Assembly (NCBI GenBank): GCA_038207335.1
Contig: JBBQZX010000002.1
Span: forward strand, 32,001 to 96,000
Direction: 5' to 3'
From: Chthoniobacterales bacterium
Lineage (GTDB): Bacteria; Verrucomicrobiota; Verrucomicrobiia; Chthoniobacterales; Chthoniobacteraceae
DNA length: 64,000 bases
Positions 1-8,463 of the stretch are shown in pieces. The position numbers and the translations under genes were made by a program. The notes under the pieces were generated by a model, which did not search any database, was not told where the DNA came from, and worked only from the letters and a program-made list of their open reading frames with translations. Positions within the stretch are counted from its first letter, which is position 1; each line of letters starts with the position of its first letter.

Positions 1-1
1 A

Positions 2-223
2 GGGTTGCGCATCGCGGAAGTCGGAGTGGATTTTGCGATGGGGAATCTTAACTGGCTCTTGAATCGCGAGCAACTGATCGCCATTCCTCCAAAGGCGAAG
101 CAGCCGGTGCACCTCGACCTCGATGAAAACAAGCTCACTAAGCTCGCGTTGACTGTCATTCTCATCATTCCGGGCTTGGTGCTGCCAATCGGAATCGGCG
201 TCTGGCTCATGCGCCGCTCGTAG
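2..223 (+). CDS. C-terminal fragment of a GldG-like ABC-transporter auxiliary protein (truncated at window edge)
   Basis: Frame open from window start. 'DFAMGNLNWL..REQLIAIPPK' followed by a C-terminal TM helix ending 'GIGVWLMRRS', directly upstream of a DUF4340 gene, which is the usual arrangement. Confidence 0.7.
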   Translation, partial: GLRIAEVGVDFAMGNLNWLLNREQLIAIPPKAKQPVHLDLDENKLTKLALTVILIIPGLVLPIGIGVWLMRRS

Positions 224-243
224 CTCTCACCTTTCAAACACCT

Positions 244-2190
244 ATGAAGTTTCGCACGACATTTTTGTTGTTCATCGTAATGGCGGGCATCTTTGCCTAT
301 GTCTTTTTTGTAGAAAACAAGCGGCCGAACGTCGCGGAAGCCAAGGAGCGGGGCGAGCGCGTGGCGCAAATCGACCGCGACAAGGTCAACAAGATCGTCA
401 TCAAGAACAGCGAAGCGAAGATCGAACTGGAGCGGAAGGAGGGTTCATGGTTTCTGAATGAGCCAATCAAAGACCGCGCCGATAGCACGGTCATCAATCA
501 GCTATTCACCACTGCCGAATCTTTAAAACACGACGCGGTGATCGGTGACGACGGGAAAGGTGTCAGCAAGGATAAGTTGAAAGAGTTCGGGCTCACGAAC
601 TCCGACACGAAGCTGACGCTCTCGGGCGATGAGAAGCCGGTTGAGCTGACGATCGGCAAGGACTCCGCGGTGGAGGGGAAAGTGTATGCGAAGCTGGAAA
701 GCTCGGGCGCGGTGTATGTCATCTCAAATGAGTTAAAGAATCAGCTCTCCAAGAAGCCTGATGACTTTCGCGATCATCGGCTAACTGAAGTCAATGTGGC
801 GCAGGTGAAGAAGGCGACTTTCAAGAGCAGTGCAGGTGAGATCGAAGTGGTGAAGAAGGATGGGCATTGGACGCTTTTGAAGCCGATGAAGGCTCGCGGA
901 GAGGACTCGAAGATCGGAGATTTGATCTCTCAGGCCACGACAGCCCACATCGAATCATTTGTCGGAGACTCGACGAATCTCGCAGCATTCGGACTACAAG
1001 AACCACGCGGCACGGTTTCACTTTCGCTCGAAGATGCGAAGGAGCCTGTGGTGCTGCAGATCGGGGCGAACCCGAAGGACGACAAGGAGAAGGACAAGAC
1101 CTATGCGAAGCTTTCGACGCGTGAATCGGTGGTGGAGTTGCCGAAGACGATCGAGACGCTTTTAACGGTGAAGCCGAATGATCTCCGGGATAAGAATCTC
1201 GTGCGCGTGGAGTCGGACATCGTGGATCGGATCACGATCGAGCCCGCGGGTGGGACTAAGATCGTGTTGGCGCGGAAAGGGGAGGATTGGGTGCGGAAAG
1301 GAGAGAAGGACACCGCGGCGAATGGCGCGCTCGCAGCGGGTTTGCTCTCGACTTTGAAGACGCAGCAAGTCGTGGAATTCGTGGCGGATATTGGGACGGA
1401 CTTGCCAAAGTATGGGCTCGATCAGCCGCAGGTGAAGCTGACGCTGAGTTCTTTTGCCTCGGAAAATACCGCCGAAGAAAAGGCCGGGGAGAAGCCGATC
1501 GTGACGGTGCTTTTCGGGAAGGAAGAGGGCGGGAGTGTTTATGCGAAGCTCGACGATGAGCCTTTCATCGTGAAGGTGGATCGCGCCATTTTGGAAGCCA
1601 TCCCGACGAATGCGATTCGGTGGCAAAGCCTTGAGATTTTCAAAGTAAAGCCGGAGGAAGTCACTTCGATCGAGGTAACGAAGAGCGGGCAGGCGCCGGT
1701 CGCGCTGGAGCGTGAGAAGGATGTGTGGAAGCTGGCGAAAGGCGACGGGGCTGTGAATCAGACGAATGCGAAGTCCCTCGTGAATACGCTCGCGGGGCTA
1801 CGTGCCGTGCGCTGGATTGGACCGACGAAGCCGGAAGACGGGTTCGACAAGCCGGCTTTGGTGGTGAGTTTCAAGGCGGGCGCGACGGCTGGGAAGCTGA
1901 CGCTGGGCGCGCCGTCGCCGGAAGAAATGACGCTGGCGACGGTGGAGGGAGTGGTGGGGACACTTGTGGTGAACGGACCGGATAAGAGCGCGCTCGAGCT
2001 GCCGCTTGTGGATAAGCCTGCGGTGGCTGCGCCTGCGCCAACGGCGATTCCGCCCGCGGCTCCAATGCCGGTCGCGCCCTCAGCACCCGCGCCGCCGGCA
2101 CCTGTCTCTACGCCGCCAGTTCCGGCTCCCGTGCCGGACGATGTGCCGCCGAAACCCGAAGCGCCGGCGACGGAACCGGCGAAGCCCTGA
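244..2190 (+). CDS. DUF4340 domain-containing membrane-anchored protein with Pro/Ala-rich tail
   Basis: N-terminal TM anchor; several repeated modules ('W.L..P..', 'D+RD..L', 'FGL..P'); Pro/Ala-rich C-terminus; follows the GldG-like gene. Confidence 0.75.
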   Translation: MKFRTTFLLFIVMAGIFAYVFFVENKRPNVAEAKERGERVAQIDRDKVNKIVIKNSEAKIELERKEGSWFLNEPIKDRADSTVINQLFTTAESLKHDAVIGDDGKGVSKDKLKEFGLTNSDTKLTLSGDEKPVELTIGKDSAVEGKVYAKLESSGAVYVISNELKNQLSKKPDDFRDHRLTEVNVAQVKKATFKSSAGEIEVVKKDGHWTLLKPMKARGEDSKIGDLISQATTAHIESFVGDSTNLAAFGLQEPRGTVSLSLEDAKEPVVLQIGANPKDDKEKDKTYAKLSTRESVVELPKTIETLLTVKPNDLRDKNLVRVESDIVDRITIEPAGGTKIVLARKGEDWVRKGEKDTAANGALAAGLLSTLKTQQVVEFVADIGTDLPKYGLDQPQVKLTLSSFASENTAEEKAGEKPIVTVLFGKEEGGSVYAKLDDEPFIVKVDRAILEAIPTNAIRWQSLEIFKVKPEEVTSIEVTKSGQAPVALEREKDVWKLAKGDGAVNQTNAKSLVNTLAGLRAVRWIGPTKPEDGFDKPALVVSFKAGATAGKLTLGAPSPEEMTLATVEGVVGTLVVNGPDKSALELPLVDKPAVAAPAPTAIPPAAPMPVAPSAPAPPAPVSTPPVPAPVPDDVPPKPEAPATEPAKP

Positions 2191-2318
2191 AGGCTGGCTT
2201 GAGTCCCGGCTGTGCTTGAGGCCAGCGAGCATTTTTGATTTTTTAAGCGTCAGTGGTGCCTCGATCAGGTTGCCGCAGACGTGAGTGATCCAGCTATGAG
2301 ACGGCGACGCCAGGACGC

Positions 2319-2348
2319 AAAAACGCCCCGGTTTTTTGGACCGGGGCG
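2319..2348 (-). terminator. Rho-independent terminator of the transglutaminase-like gene
   Basis: Stem cgccccggt (2324-2332) / accggggcg (2340-2348), followed by T5 on the minus strand, ~35 nt after the stop at 2384. Confidence 0.75.
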
Positions 2349-2383
2349 CTTGGGCGGGTGTTGGGTTGAGATTTTTTAGAATT

Positions 2384-2953
2384 TCAGCGGTTGCGGGAGG
2401 CCACGGCGCGCTTGGCGGCGATCGCGGCGTATGCGGCGGTCTGGCTGTGGCGATAGGCGCCGCTCTTGTCGTAGGAGTAGAGCGGGATGTAGCGGCTAGC
2501 GGACATCGTGTCGGCGGCGAGCGGGCGGCTCACATTGGTCGGATCGAGGATCCACCAGCGGCCTTCGTTTTTCCACATGACCCACGCGTGGCTGATCTTC
2601 GAGTTGGCGACCGCTTTGCCGATCACGAAGCGCACGTTTTCGTCGCCGAGCTGGTCGCAGAGCCAGAGCGCCTTCGCCTTGCAATCGCCGGCGTGCGTGG
2701 TTGCCGTTTCGCTCGGGAGCGCTGGGGTATAGGGGCTCGTGTAGGAATAGCGGAAGCCGCGACCGATGCGCATGAGCTCCTGGGCGCGCTCCATCGGGGC
2801 GGATTGGCTGGGGATGGCTTGGAGAACTTGCTTCACGGGCTGCATGTGGGCCTCGTAAGGAGTGGCGGCGGCGTGGGTGCCGAGATCGACAACGGCGAAG
2901 GCGGAGAGTTTGGCGAGGAAGAGAGCGGAGAGAGTGAGGAGCGAGAGTTTCAT
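2384..2953 (-). CDS. Secreted transglutaminase-like cysteine peptidase (BTLCP/LapG-like)
   Basis: Signal peptide (..LSAFA); catalytic-triad motifs GDCKAKA (Cys), SHAWV (His), WILDPT (Asp). Confidence 0.75.
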   Translation of the reverse strand: MKLSLLTLSALFLAKLSAFAVVDLGTHAAATPYEAHMQPVKQVLQAIPSQSAPMERAQELMRIGRGFRYSYTSPYTPALPSETATTHAGDCKAKALWLCDQLGDENVRFVIGKAVANSKISHAWVMWKNEGRWWILDPTNVSRPLAADTMSASRYIPLYSYDKSGAYRHSQTAAYAAIAAKRAVASRNR

Positions 2954-3317
2954 GGATGATCAGGAAATGATAATTTCCATAATCTCCATTAGCTTCCACT
3001 GTGCCATGGGCGGTGGTTTTGGTGAAAGTTGAGCTTTCGACGAGGCTTCGCGCGGCCTGTCTCGGGAGTGCAGGCGCTCTCGCTGCGAAGGGGATCGAGG
3101 ACTTTCTCAAAAGTGTGGACTTTGAGAAATCTCGCTTCTCAAATTTGCAAAATCTCGCGTAATGCGAGACGCGAACCGGGAGCTGGGGGAAAAGCGTTGA
3201 GCGCTCGGCAGCGCAGCTTCCGCGATCACGCGAGCCTCTGTCGCGGATGAATGCGCGTTTTTGTGGTTGGGGCGGAAGATTGGTTTGCAGGCGACGTTGG
3301 AATGCTCAGAGTGGGGC

Positions 3318-4367
3318 ATGTCTCCCCGACTTGCGTTTGCGGCTTTGGTTTGCGGCGTCGTGGGCTTGTGGACAGGGGCGGCGGTGCGTGGGAAGGAGCC
3401 TTTTTTGAAGGCGGGGGATGTCGTCGCGCTCGTGGGCGGGGAGGACATGGTGTCGGCGAGCGAATACGGATATCTCGAACTCCTCCTCCAGCGCGCTTTG
3501 CCCGATTTTCACCTCAAAGTCCGCAGCCTCGCGTGGGAGGGCGACACCGTCTTCGAGCAGCGGCGCGACCTGAACTACCCGACGCTCGAACAGCAACTCG
3601 ACCAGATCGGCGCGACGGTGGTCATCTGCCAGTTCGGCCAGATGGAGAGTCTCGCGGGGAAAGAGAAGCTGCCCGACTTCATCGCCGCTTATGAGGAGCT
3701 GATCACGCGGGTGAGCGGAGGAGGAAACAGGCGATTCATTTTAATCCGACCGGGCTATTTTGAAAAGGGAGAGCCGCCCTATGTTCGCCCTCCCAACCTT
3801 TATCCCGATCGAACGTTTCCAATTGCCAAGCCCAACCTCGTGCTCGACGCCTACAGGGCCGCCATCCGCACCATCGCCGAAACGCATCACTATCCCGTGG
3901 TTCTAGGTCAACTCAGTGGCGAGGAGCTGCGGGAGACCGGCTACCCAGACGCCATTGAAGGAAAAGAATGGCCGACCATGATGAATACCCGGGATGGGGT
4001 CCATAGGAATGGCAACGGTTACGTGCTCTTGCAGCAGCACCTCCAAGCCACCTTGCCGGAACTCCGACACGCCAACTCCAACCAGACCTTCATCAGTAGC
4101 GGTGAGGTGACGAAACCGCCCGAGTATGAGCCCCTCCGCCAGCTCATCATCCAAAAGAACCGCCTTTGGTATCACTACTACCGCCCCTCAAATTGGGCCT
4201 TCCTCGCCGGCGACCGCACCCACCAGCCCAGCAGCCGCGACTACCTCGACCCCACCAAACGCTGGTTCCCCGCCGAGATGGAGCAGTGGCTCCCCCTCAT
4301 CGGCGCCAAAGAAAAAGAAATCTGGGCCGCTGCCGCAGTCCTTCACCCTGAGGAGGCCGCGAAATGA
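3318..4367 (+). CDS. Secreted SGNH/GDSL-like protein, partner of the PVC-type dehydrogenase
   Basis: Signal peptide; 'LKAGDVVALVG', 'VRSLAWEGDTV', 'QFGQMES', 'RDGVH..G.GY', 'YRPSNWAFLAGDR'. Stop overlaps the next ATG (ATGA). ATG 3318 chosen over the ORF-track start 3261. Confidence 0.7.
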   Translation: MSPRLAFAALVCGVVGLWTGAAVRGKEPFLKAGDVVALVGGEDMVSASEYGYLELLLQRALPDFHLKVRSLAWEGDTVFEQRRDLNYPTLEQQLDQIGATVVICQFGQMESLAGKEKLPDFIAAYEELITRVSGGGNRRFILIRPGYFEKGEPPYVRPPNLYPDRTFPIAKPNLVLDAYRAAIRTIAETHHYPVVLGQLSGEELRETGYPDAIEGKEWPTMMNTRDGVHRNGNGYVLLQQHLQATLPELRHANSNQTFISSGEVTKPPEYEPLRQLIIQKNRLWYHYYRPSNWAFLAGDRTHQPSSRDYLDPTKRWFPAEMEQWLPLIGAKEKEIWAAAAVLHPEEAAK

Positions 4368-7204
4368 CTGATCCAGCCAACGCCCCGAGCAGCCCTGCGG
4401 AAACTGACAACGACCAAACACACGCGTCGGAAGGCACTGTAAAAACTTGCAGCGGCCAAAGGGACGTTAGGAAAGGCACCTGCAAAACTGCAGGTGGGCA
4501 AAATTGTCTCCGCCGAGCTTTGGCCGGAACCGTGAGCGCCGGCTTTCTGCTCTTCGGCCTTCGCGCCGGGACGGTAGCATCCGAACCAGACCCCGCCGAA
4601 CTCGCCTCCGAACTCGCCTCCTTCAAAGTCGCCCCCGGCTTCGAGGTGAACCTTTTCGCCTCCGAGAAGGACGGGGTGGAAAAGCCGATCCAAATCCGCT
4701 GGGACACCCGGGGGCGCTTGTGGGTCATTGGCTCGACTACCTACCCGCAGATCAAGCCCGGCGAAGTGGCCAACGACAAAGTGCTCATCCTCGAAGACAC
4801 TAACGGCGACGGCCGCGCCGACAAGACCACCGTCTTCGCAGAGGGATTGGAAATCCCCACCGGCCTAGAAATCGCGCCTGCCCGAGAAATCGGCGATGCC
4901 GCGCTGCACGAACGTTGGGCAATCGAGGCCGACGAGCATGTGATCAAAGATTTTCCCCAACGCACCGAGGTGGACGACGCCCGGGCAGACTTGGAGAAGC
5001 ATGAACTGGCCTTGAAAAATGCGCTTTTCTCCAGTTCTTGCTACGTCGGCGAGGGGACGAAGCTCCTCCTCCTCACCGACACCGACGGCGACGGGAAGGC
5101 CGACAAGCGCGAGGTCGTCCTCCGCGGCTTCGGCACGGGCGACAACCACCAGTGCATCAACTCCTTTCGCTGGTCCCCCGGCGGCGAACTCCTCTTCTCC
5201 CAGGGCCTCCACGGTCACGCCCGCGTCGAGACCCCGCACGGCATCGTGAAGCTCGACGAGGCCGGTTTCTTCCGCTACCGCCCCCGCGAGCAGCAGCTCG
5301 ATGCCTTCTACGGCGGGCAGGCCGACCCGCAGAACCCGTGGGGCTTCGTCTGGACCGACTGGGGCCAGATGCTCATGGTCGCTGGCAATAACGGCGGCAT
5401 CTACTACCCCCTCCCCGAGATGATCCGCGGCGTGCAGGGCGGGCGGCGCGAGCAGATTTGGGTGAATGCGCGCGGTCGCAAATGCAGCGGCCCCGACATC
5501 GTCGGCACGGCGCACCTCCCGCCGGAGTGGCAGGGCGTCATGCTCAGCGGCGGCTACATCAACAACACCGTCTGGGCGCTCGACATCGCGGACGAAGGCG
5601 CGGGCTTCAAGATCACCGACCGCGCCCCGCTCCTCACCAGCACCGACACCGCGTTTCGCCCCGTCGATGTGAAAATCGGTCCCGACGGCGCCATCTACCT
5701 CTGCGATTGGTACAACCCCATCATCGGCCACTACCAGGCCAGCTTCCGGCATCCCGGGCGCGACAAGACGCACGGGCGCATCTGGCGGATCACGTATAAA
5801 GGTCGCCCCCTCGTGAAGCCCCCGCGCATCGCCGGCGCGCCGCTCACCGAGCTCTTTGAAAATCTCAAAAGCCCCGAGCGCTGGGTGCGCGAGATGACCC
5901 GGCTGGAGCTCATGGGGAGGGAAAAGGACGCCGTCGTGAAGGGGCTCGACGCTTGGTGGCGCGCGCTCGATATGACATCCAGAGCAGCGCGATCCGACTC
6001 CGACACAGGTAGGGACGACTCTCCGAGTCGTCCCTCGGGCGAACGAAGTGAGGCGGCGGGGGCGGCCTCCGCCTCGCTTGGGGCTCCATCCGCCTCGCTG
6101 CGCTCGCCCGGGATCGGCTCGGAGAGCCGTCCCTACCTGGGGGCTGAGCACGCGCTCGTCGAGGCGTTCGGCGTTTTGGAAGCGCGCGAAGTCAGTGACC
6201 GCGACCTCCTGGAGCGTCTGATTGCAGCCACTGATCCCCGGGTTCGCGCTTACGCTACCGCCGAAATTCCGCGCTTCTGGTCCCGTTTCAGAATTCAGTC
6301 AGGGATCGAAGGGATTCTTATGCGAATGGCGCAAGATCCAGATGCTCGCGTCCGGCTCGCGACGGTTGTGGCCGCAGGCCATTTCGGCCATTTTGCGTCT
6401 GAGTTCCTTGTCGGAGCATTCCTCATCGTCGATGGCGTCGTAGGCAAGCCACCCGATAGCGATCGGCACACGGATCGTTTTATCGATCTCGCCCTGCACA
6501 CTGCCGCCATTGCACTCCTGCCTGCTGCCGAAGCGGACGGGGCTCGGACGCTCAGAAAAGATGACCCCTCTCTTCCAGATGATCTCGTGGATCGCCATTG
6601 GCCAGACGAGTATTATTCGAGGCTCAACGAGCTCGCCGCGCCGCCGCAAGGGTTGTTGGCACGTTCACTCATAAAGTCTCAGACCGCGATCCAAGCCACC
6701 CCTCTCCCTCCCACTGGCAAGCTGCGGGCGACGCCGGCAGTGGTGGCGGGGCTGGTGAAGGAGGTGGGGGAAAAGGGGGACGCGGCGCGTGGGGCGACGC
6801 TCTTCCGCCGGGCGTCGCTGGCCTGCACGGGGTGCCACAGCGTGGGGGATATCGGCGGGAAAGTGGGGCCGCCGCTCGATTCCATCGGCTCCGGGCAGCC
6901 GCTCGACTTCATCATCGGCGCCGTGCTCGAGCCGCAGCGCGAGATCAAGGAGAGCTACGAGGCCATGCAGGTCACCCTCAAGAGCGGCGGCGCGGGCGGC
7001 GCGGGCTACATCGTCCAGCGAAATGCCGACGTCCTCGTCCTGCGCGACCCGGCGACCGGGGCCGAGACGCGCTTCGCCACCTCGGAGATCGCCGACGTGA
7101 AGCCCCTCGGCAGCTTCATGCCCGCCGGGCTGGTCGATCCCCTGCCCCGCGCGGACTTGCTCGATCTCTTCCGATACCTGAGCGAGCTGGGGAAGCCGAA
7201 GTAA
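4364..7204 (+). CDS. PVC-type membrane-bound dehydrogenase domain / heme-binding CxxCH protein
   Basis: 'F.VAPGFEVNLFASE', 'ILEDTNGDGRADK', 'FRPVD..GPDGAIY..DWYNPIIGH', 'RDKTHGRIWRI', HEAT-like repeats, C-terminal cytochrome c motif CTGCH with GPPL and S.MP. Contains several insertions (see findings). Confidence 0.85.
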   Translation: MTDPANAPSSPAETDNDQTHASEGTVKTCSGQRDVRKGTCKTAGGQNCLRRALAGTVSAGFLLFGLRAGTVASEPDPAELASELASFKVAPGFEVNLFASEKDGVEKPIQIRWDTRGRLWVIGSTTYPQIKPGEVANDKVLILEDTNGDGRADKTTVFAEGLEIPTGLEIAPAREIGDAALHERWAIEADEHVIKDFPQRTEVDDARADLEKHELALKNALFSSSCYVGEGTKLLLLTDTDGDGKADKREVVLRGFGTGDNHQCINSFRWSPGGELLFSQGLHGHARVETPHGIVKLDEAGFFRYRPREQQLDAFYGGQADPQNPWGFVWTDWGQMLMVAGNNGGIYYPLPEMIRGVQGGRREQIWVNARGRKCSGPDIVGTAHLPPEWQGVMLSGGYINNTVWALDIADEGAGFKITDRAPLLTSTDTAFRPVDVKIGPDGAIYLCDWYNPIIGHYQASFRHPGRDKTHGRIWRITYKGRPLVKPPRIAGAPLTELFENLKSPERWVREMTRLELMGREKDAVVKGLDAWWRALDMTSRAARSDSDTGRDDSPSRPSGERSEAAGAASASLGAPSASLRSPGIGSESRPYLGAEHALVEAFGVLEAREVSDRDLLERLIAATDPRVRAYATAEIPRFWSRFRIQSGIEGILMRMAQDPDARVRLATVVAAGHFGHFASEFLVGAFLIVDGVVGKPPDSDRHTDRFIDLALHTAAIALLPAAEADGARTLRKDDPSLPDDLVDRHWPDEYYSRLNELAAPPQGLLARSLIKSQTAIQATPLPPTGKLRATPAVVAGLVKEVGEKGDAARGATLFRRASLACTGCHSVGDIGGKVGPPLDSIGSGQPLDFIIGAVLEPQREIKESYEAMQVTLKSGGAGGAGYIVQRNADVLVLRDPATGAETRFATSEIADVKPLGSFMPAGLVDPLPRADLLDLFRYLSELGKPK
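6006..6139. repeat. GTAG-type REP doublet (REPIN-like hairpin) inserted in frame in the dehydrogenase gene
   Basis: caggtagggacgactctccgagtcg (from 6006) and cggctcggagagccgtccctacctg (to 6139) are inverted repeats with 2 mismatches; inner arms are also partly complementary. Confidence 0.8.
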
Positions 7205-7283
7205 GGGGGCTAGCAGGGACGGAAGCGACAGCGCGCTTCCCTCAAGCGTGCCCTGGAGGGCACCGCGCGGCCGGTGTTCCAGC

Positions 7284-7343
7284 GTTGCGGGGCGGCCATT
7301 TTGGCCGTCTGGGTCCAGGCGGCGAAGATCGCTGCCCTACAAC
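7284..7343. repeat. Degenerate REP-like inverted doublet between convergent genes
   Basis: gttgcggggcggccattttggccgtct versus the reverse complement of aggcggcgaagatcgctgccctacaac (gttgtagggcagcgatcttcgccgcct), about 20/27 identical. Each unit carries its own palindrome; GTAG is intact on one side. Confidence 0.55.
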
Positions 7344-7509
7344 TGCTCACATAGTCTCTCAGGGGTGGGGGTCAGGGTGTTCAGGGGTGGGGGTCGGGAG
7401 CGTCAGGGCCGGGCCCTGCCAGTGTTAGGGCCGGGCCCTTACGGTCGGGAGGGTCCGGCCCTGTGATCGGGAGGGATGAACCCTGCGGGAAGGGGGAGGG
7501 TGCGCTTTT

Positions 7510-8463
7510 CTACTCGGTGCCGGTGGAGACTAGGCGGCGGATGAGGTCTTCCCAGGTGACGATGCCAAGGGGGCGGGCGCCTTCGCCGATGACGGCGGCG
7601 AGGGTGCCGCGGGCGGCGCGGAGTTTGCGGAGGACGGTGTAGGCGGGTTCGCCAGGGGCGATTTTGACGATGCGCCGCTGGAAGGGGTGGATGGGGCCGC
7701 GGCGGCGTCCGTCGAGGGCGATGTCGAAGGTGTCGATGACGCCGATGATTTCGCCAAGCTCGGAGGTGACGGGCCAGCGTGAGATTTTCTCGGATGCGGC
7801 GCGGGTGAGGAGGAGGGGGATGGCGGTGTCGGCGGGGATGGTGCGGACGGCGGCGATGGGGAGCATGATGTCGCGGGCGGTGATGGCGCGGAAGTCGACG
7901 ACGTTGTGGATCATGTGGCGCTCGGCGGGGGTGAGGGTGCCGGTGCGCTCGCTTTCGATGGTGAGGTATTTGAATTCTTCGCGGGCAGCGAAGAGCTTTT
8001 GGGCGTGGCCGTCGGTGCGGTGGGGGAGGCGGCGGGAGACGGCTACGCCGATCCAGCGGAGGGGCGAAAGGAGGAGGTCGGCGAGGCGCAGGGGGCCGGC
8101 AAGGGCGGCGAGGGCGCGGTAGGGGAAGCGGCGGAAGAGGGACTTCGGGAGGAGCTCGAGGCCGAAGAGGTAGATGGGAAGGAGGATGATGAGGGCGGCG
8201 AGGTAGCCGCGGGGGCCGAGGTGGCGGAGGCCCTCTTCGGTGGTGAGGGTGATGGCGAAGATGTTGGCGAGATTGGTGACGAAGAGGACGGTGACGAGGA
8301 GGCGCTCGGGGTGGGCGATGAGGCGCTGGAGGCGGATGGCAGCAGGGTCGCGCATTTTGACGCGATGGCGGAGGCGGATGCGGTTGATGCTGAGGATGCC
8401 GGCCTCGATGCCGGAGAAGATGAAGGAGACGAGGAGGCAGAGGACGACGGCGAGCCAGATCAT
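7510..8463 (-). CDS. CNNM/DUF21 + CBS domain protein (CorB/TlyC-like, short form)
   Basis: 'SFIFSGIEAGILS', 'TNLAN', 'ELLPKS', 'ARDIM.P', 'GIVTWEDL'. No C-terminal CorC_HlyC domain. Confidence 0.85.
   Translation of the reverse strand: MIWLAVVLCLLVSFIFSGIEAGILSINRIRLRHRVKMRDPAAIRLQRLIAHPERLLVTVLFVTNLANIFAITLTTEEGLRHLGPRGYLAALIILLPIYLFGLELLPKSLFRRFPYRALAALAGPLRLADLLLSPLRWIGVAVSRRLPHRTDGHAQKLFAAREEFKYLTIESERTGTLTPAERHMIHNVVDFRAITARDIMLPIAAVRTIPADTAIPLLLTRAASEKISRWPVTSELGEIIGVIDTFDIALDGRRRGPIHPFQRRIVKIAPGEPAYTVLRKLRAARGTLAAVIGEGARPLGIVTWEDLIRRLVSTGTE

Noticed and set aside
2010..2190. Pro/Ala-rich repeat at the end of the DUF4340 gene
   Set aside because: Ordinary low-complexity tail with no exact DNA repeat unit.
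7359..7500. CRISPR-like array
   Set aside because: Units are ~13 bp and degenerate with ~9-bp spacers, and there are no cas genes.
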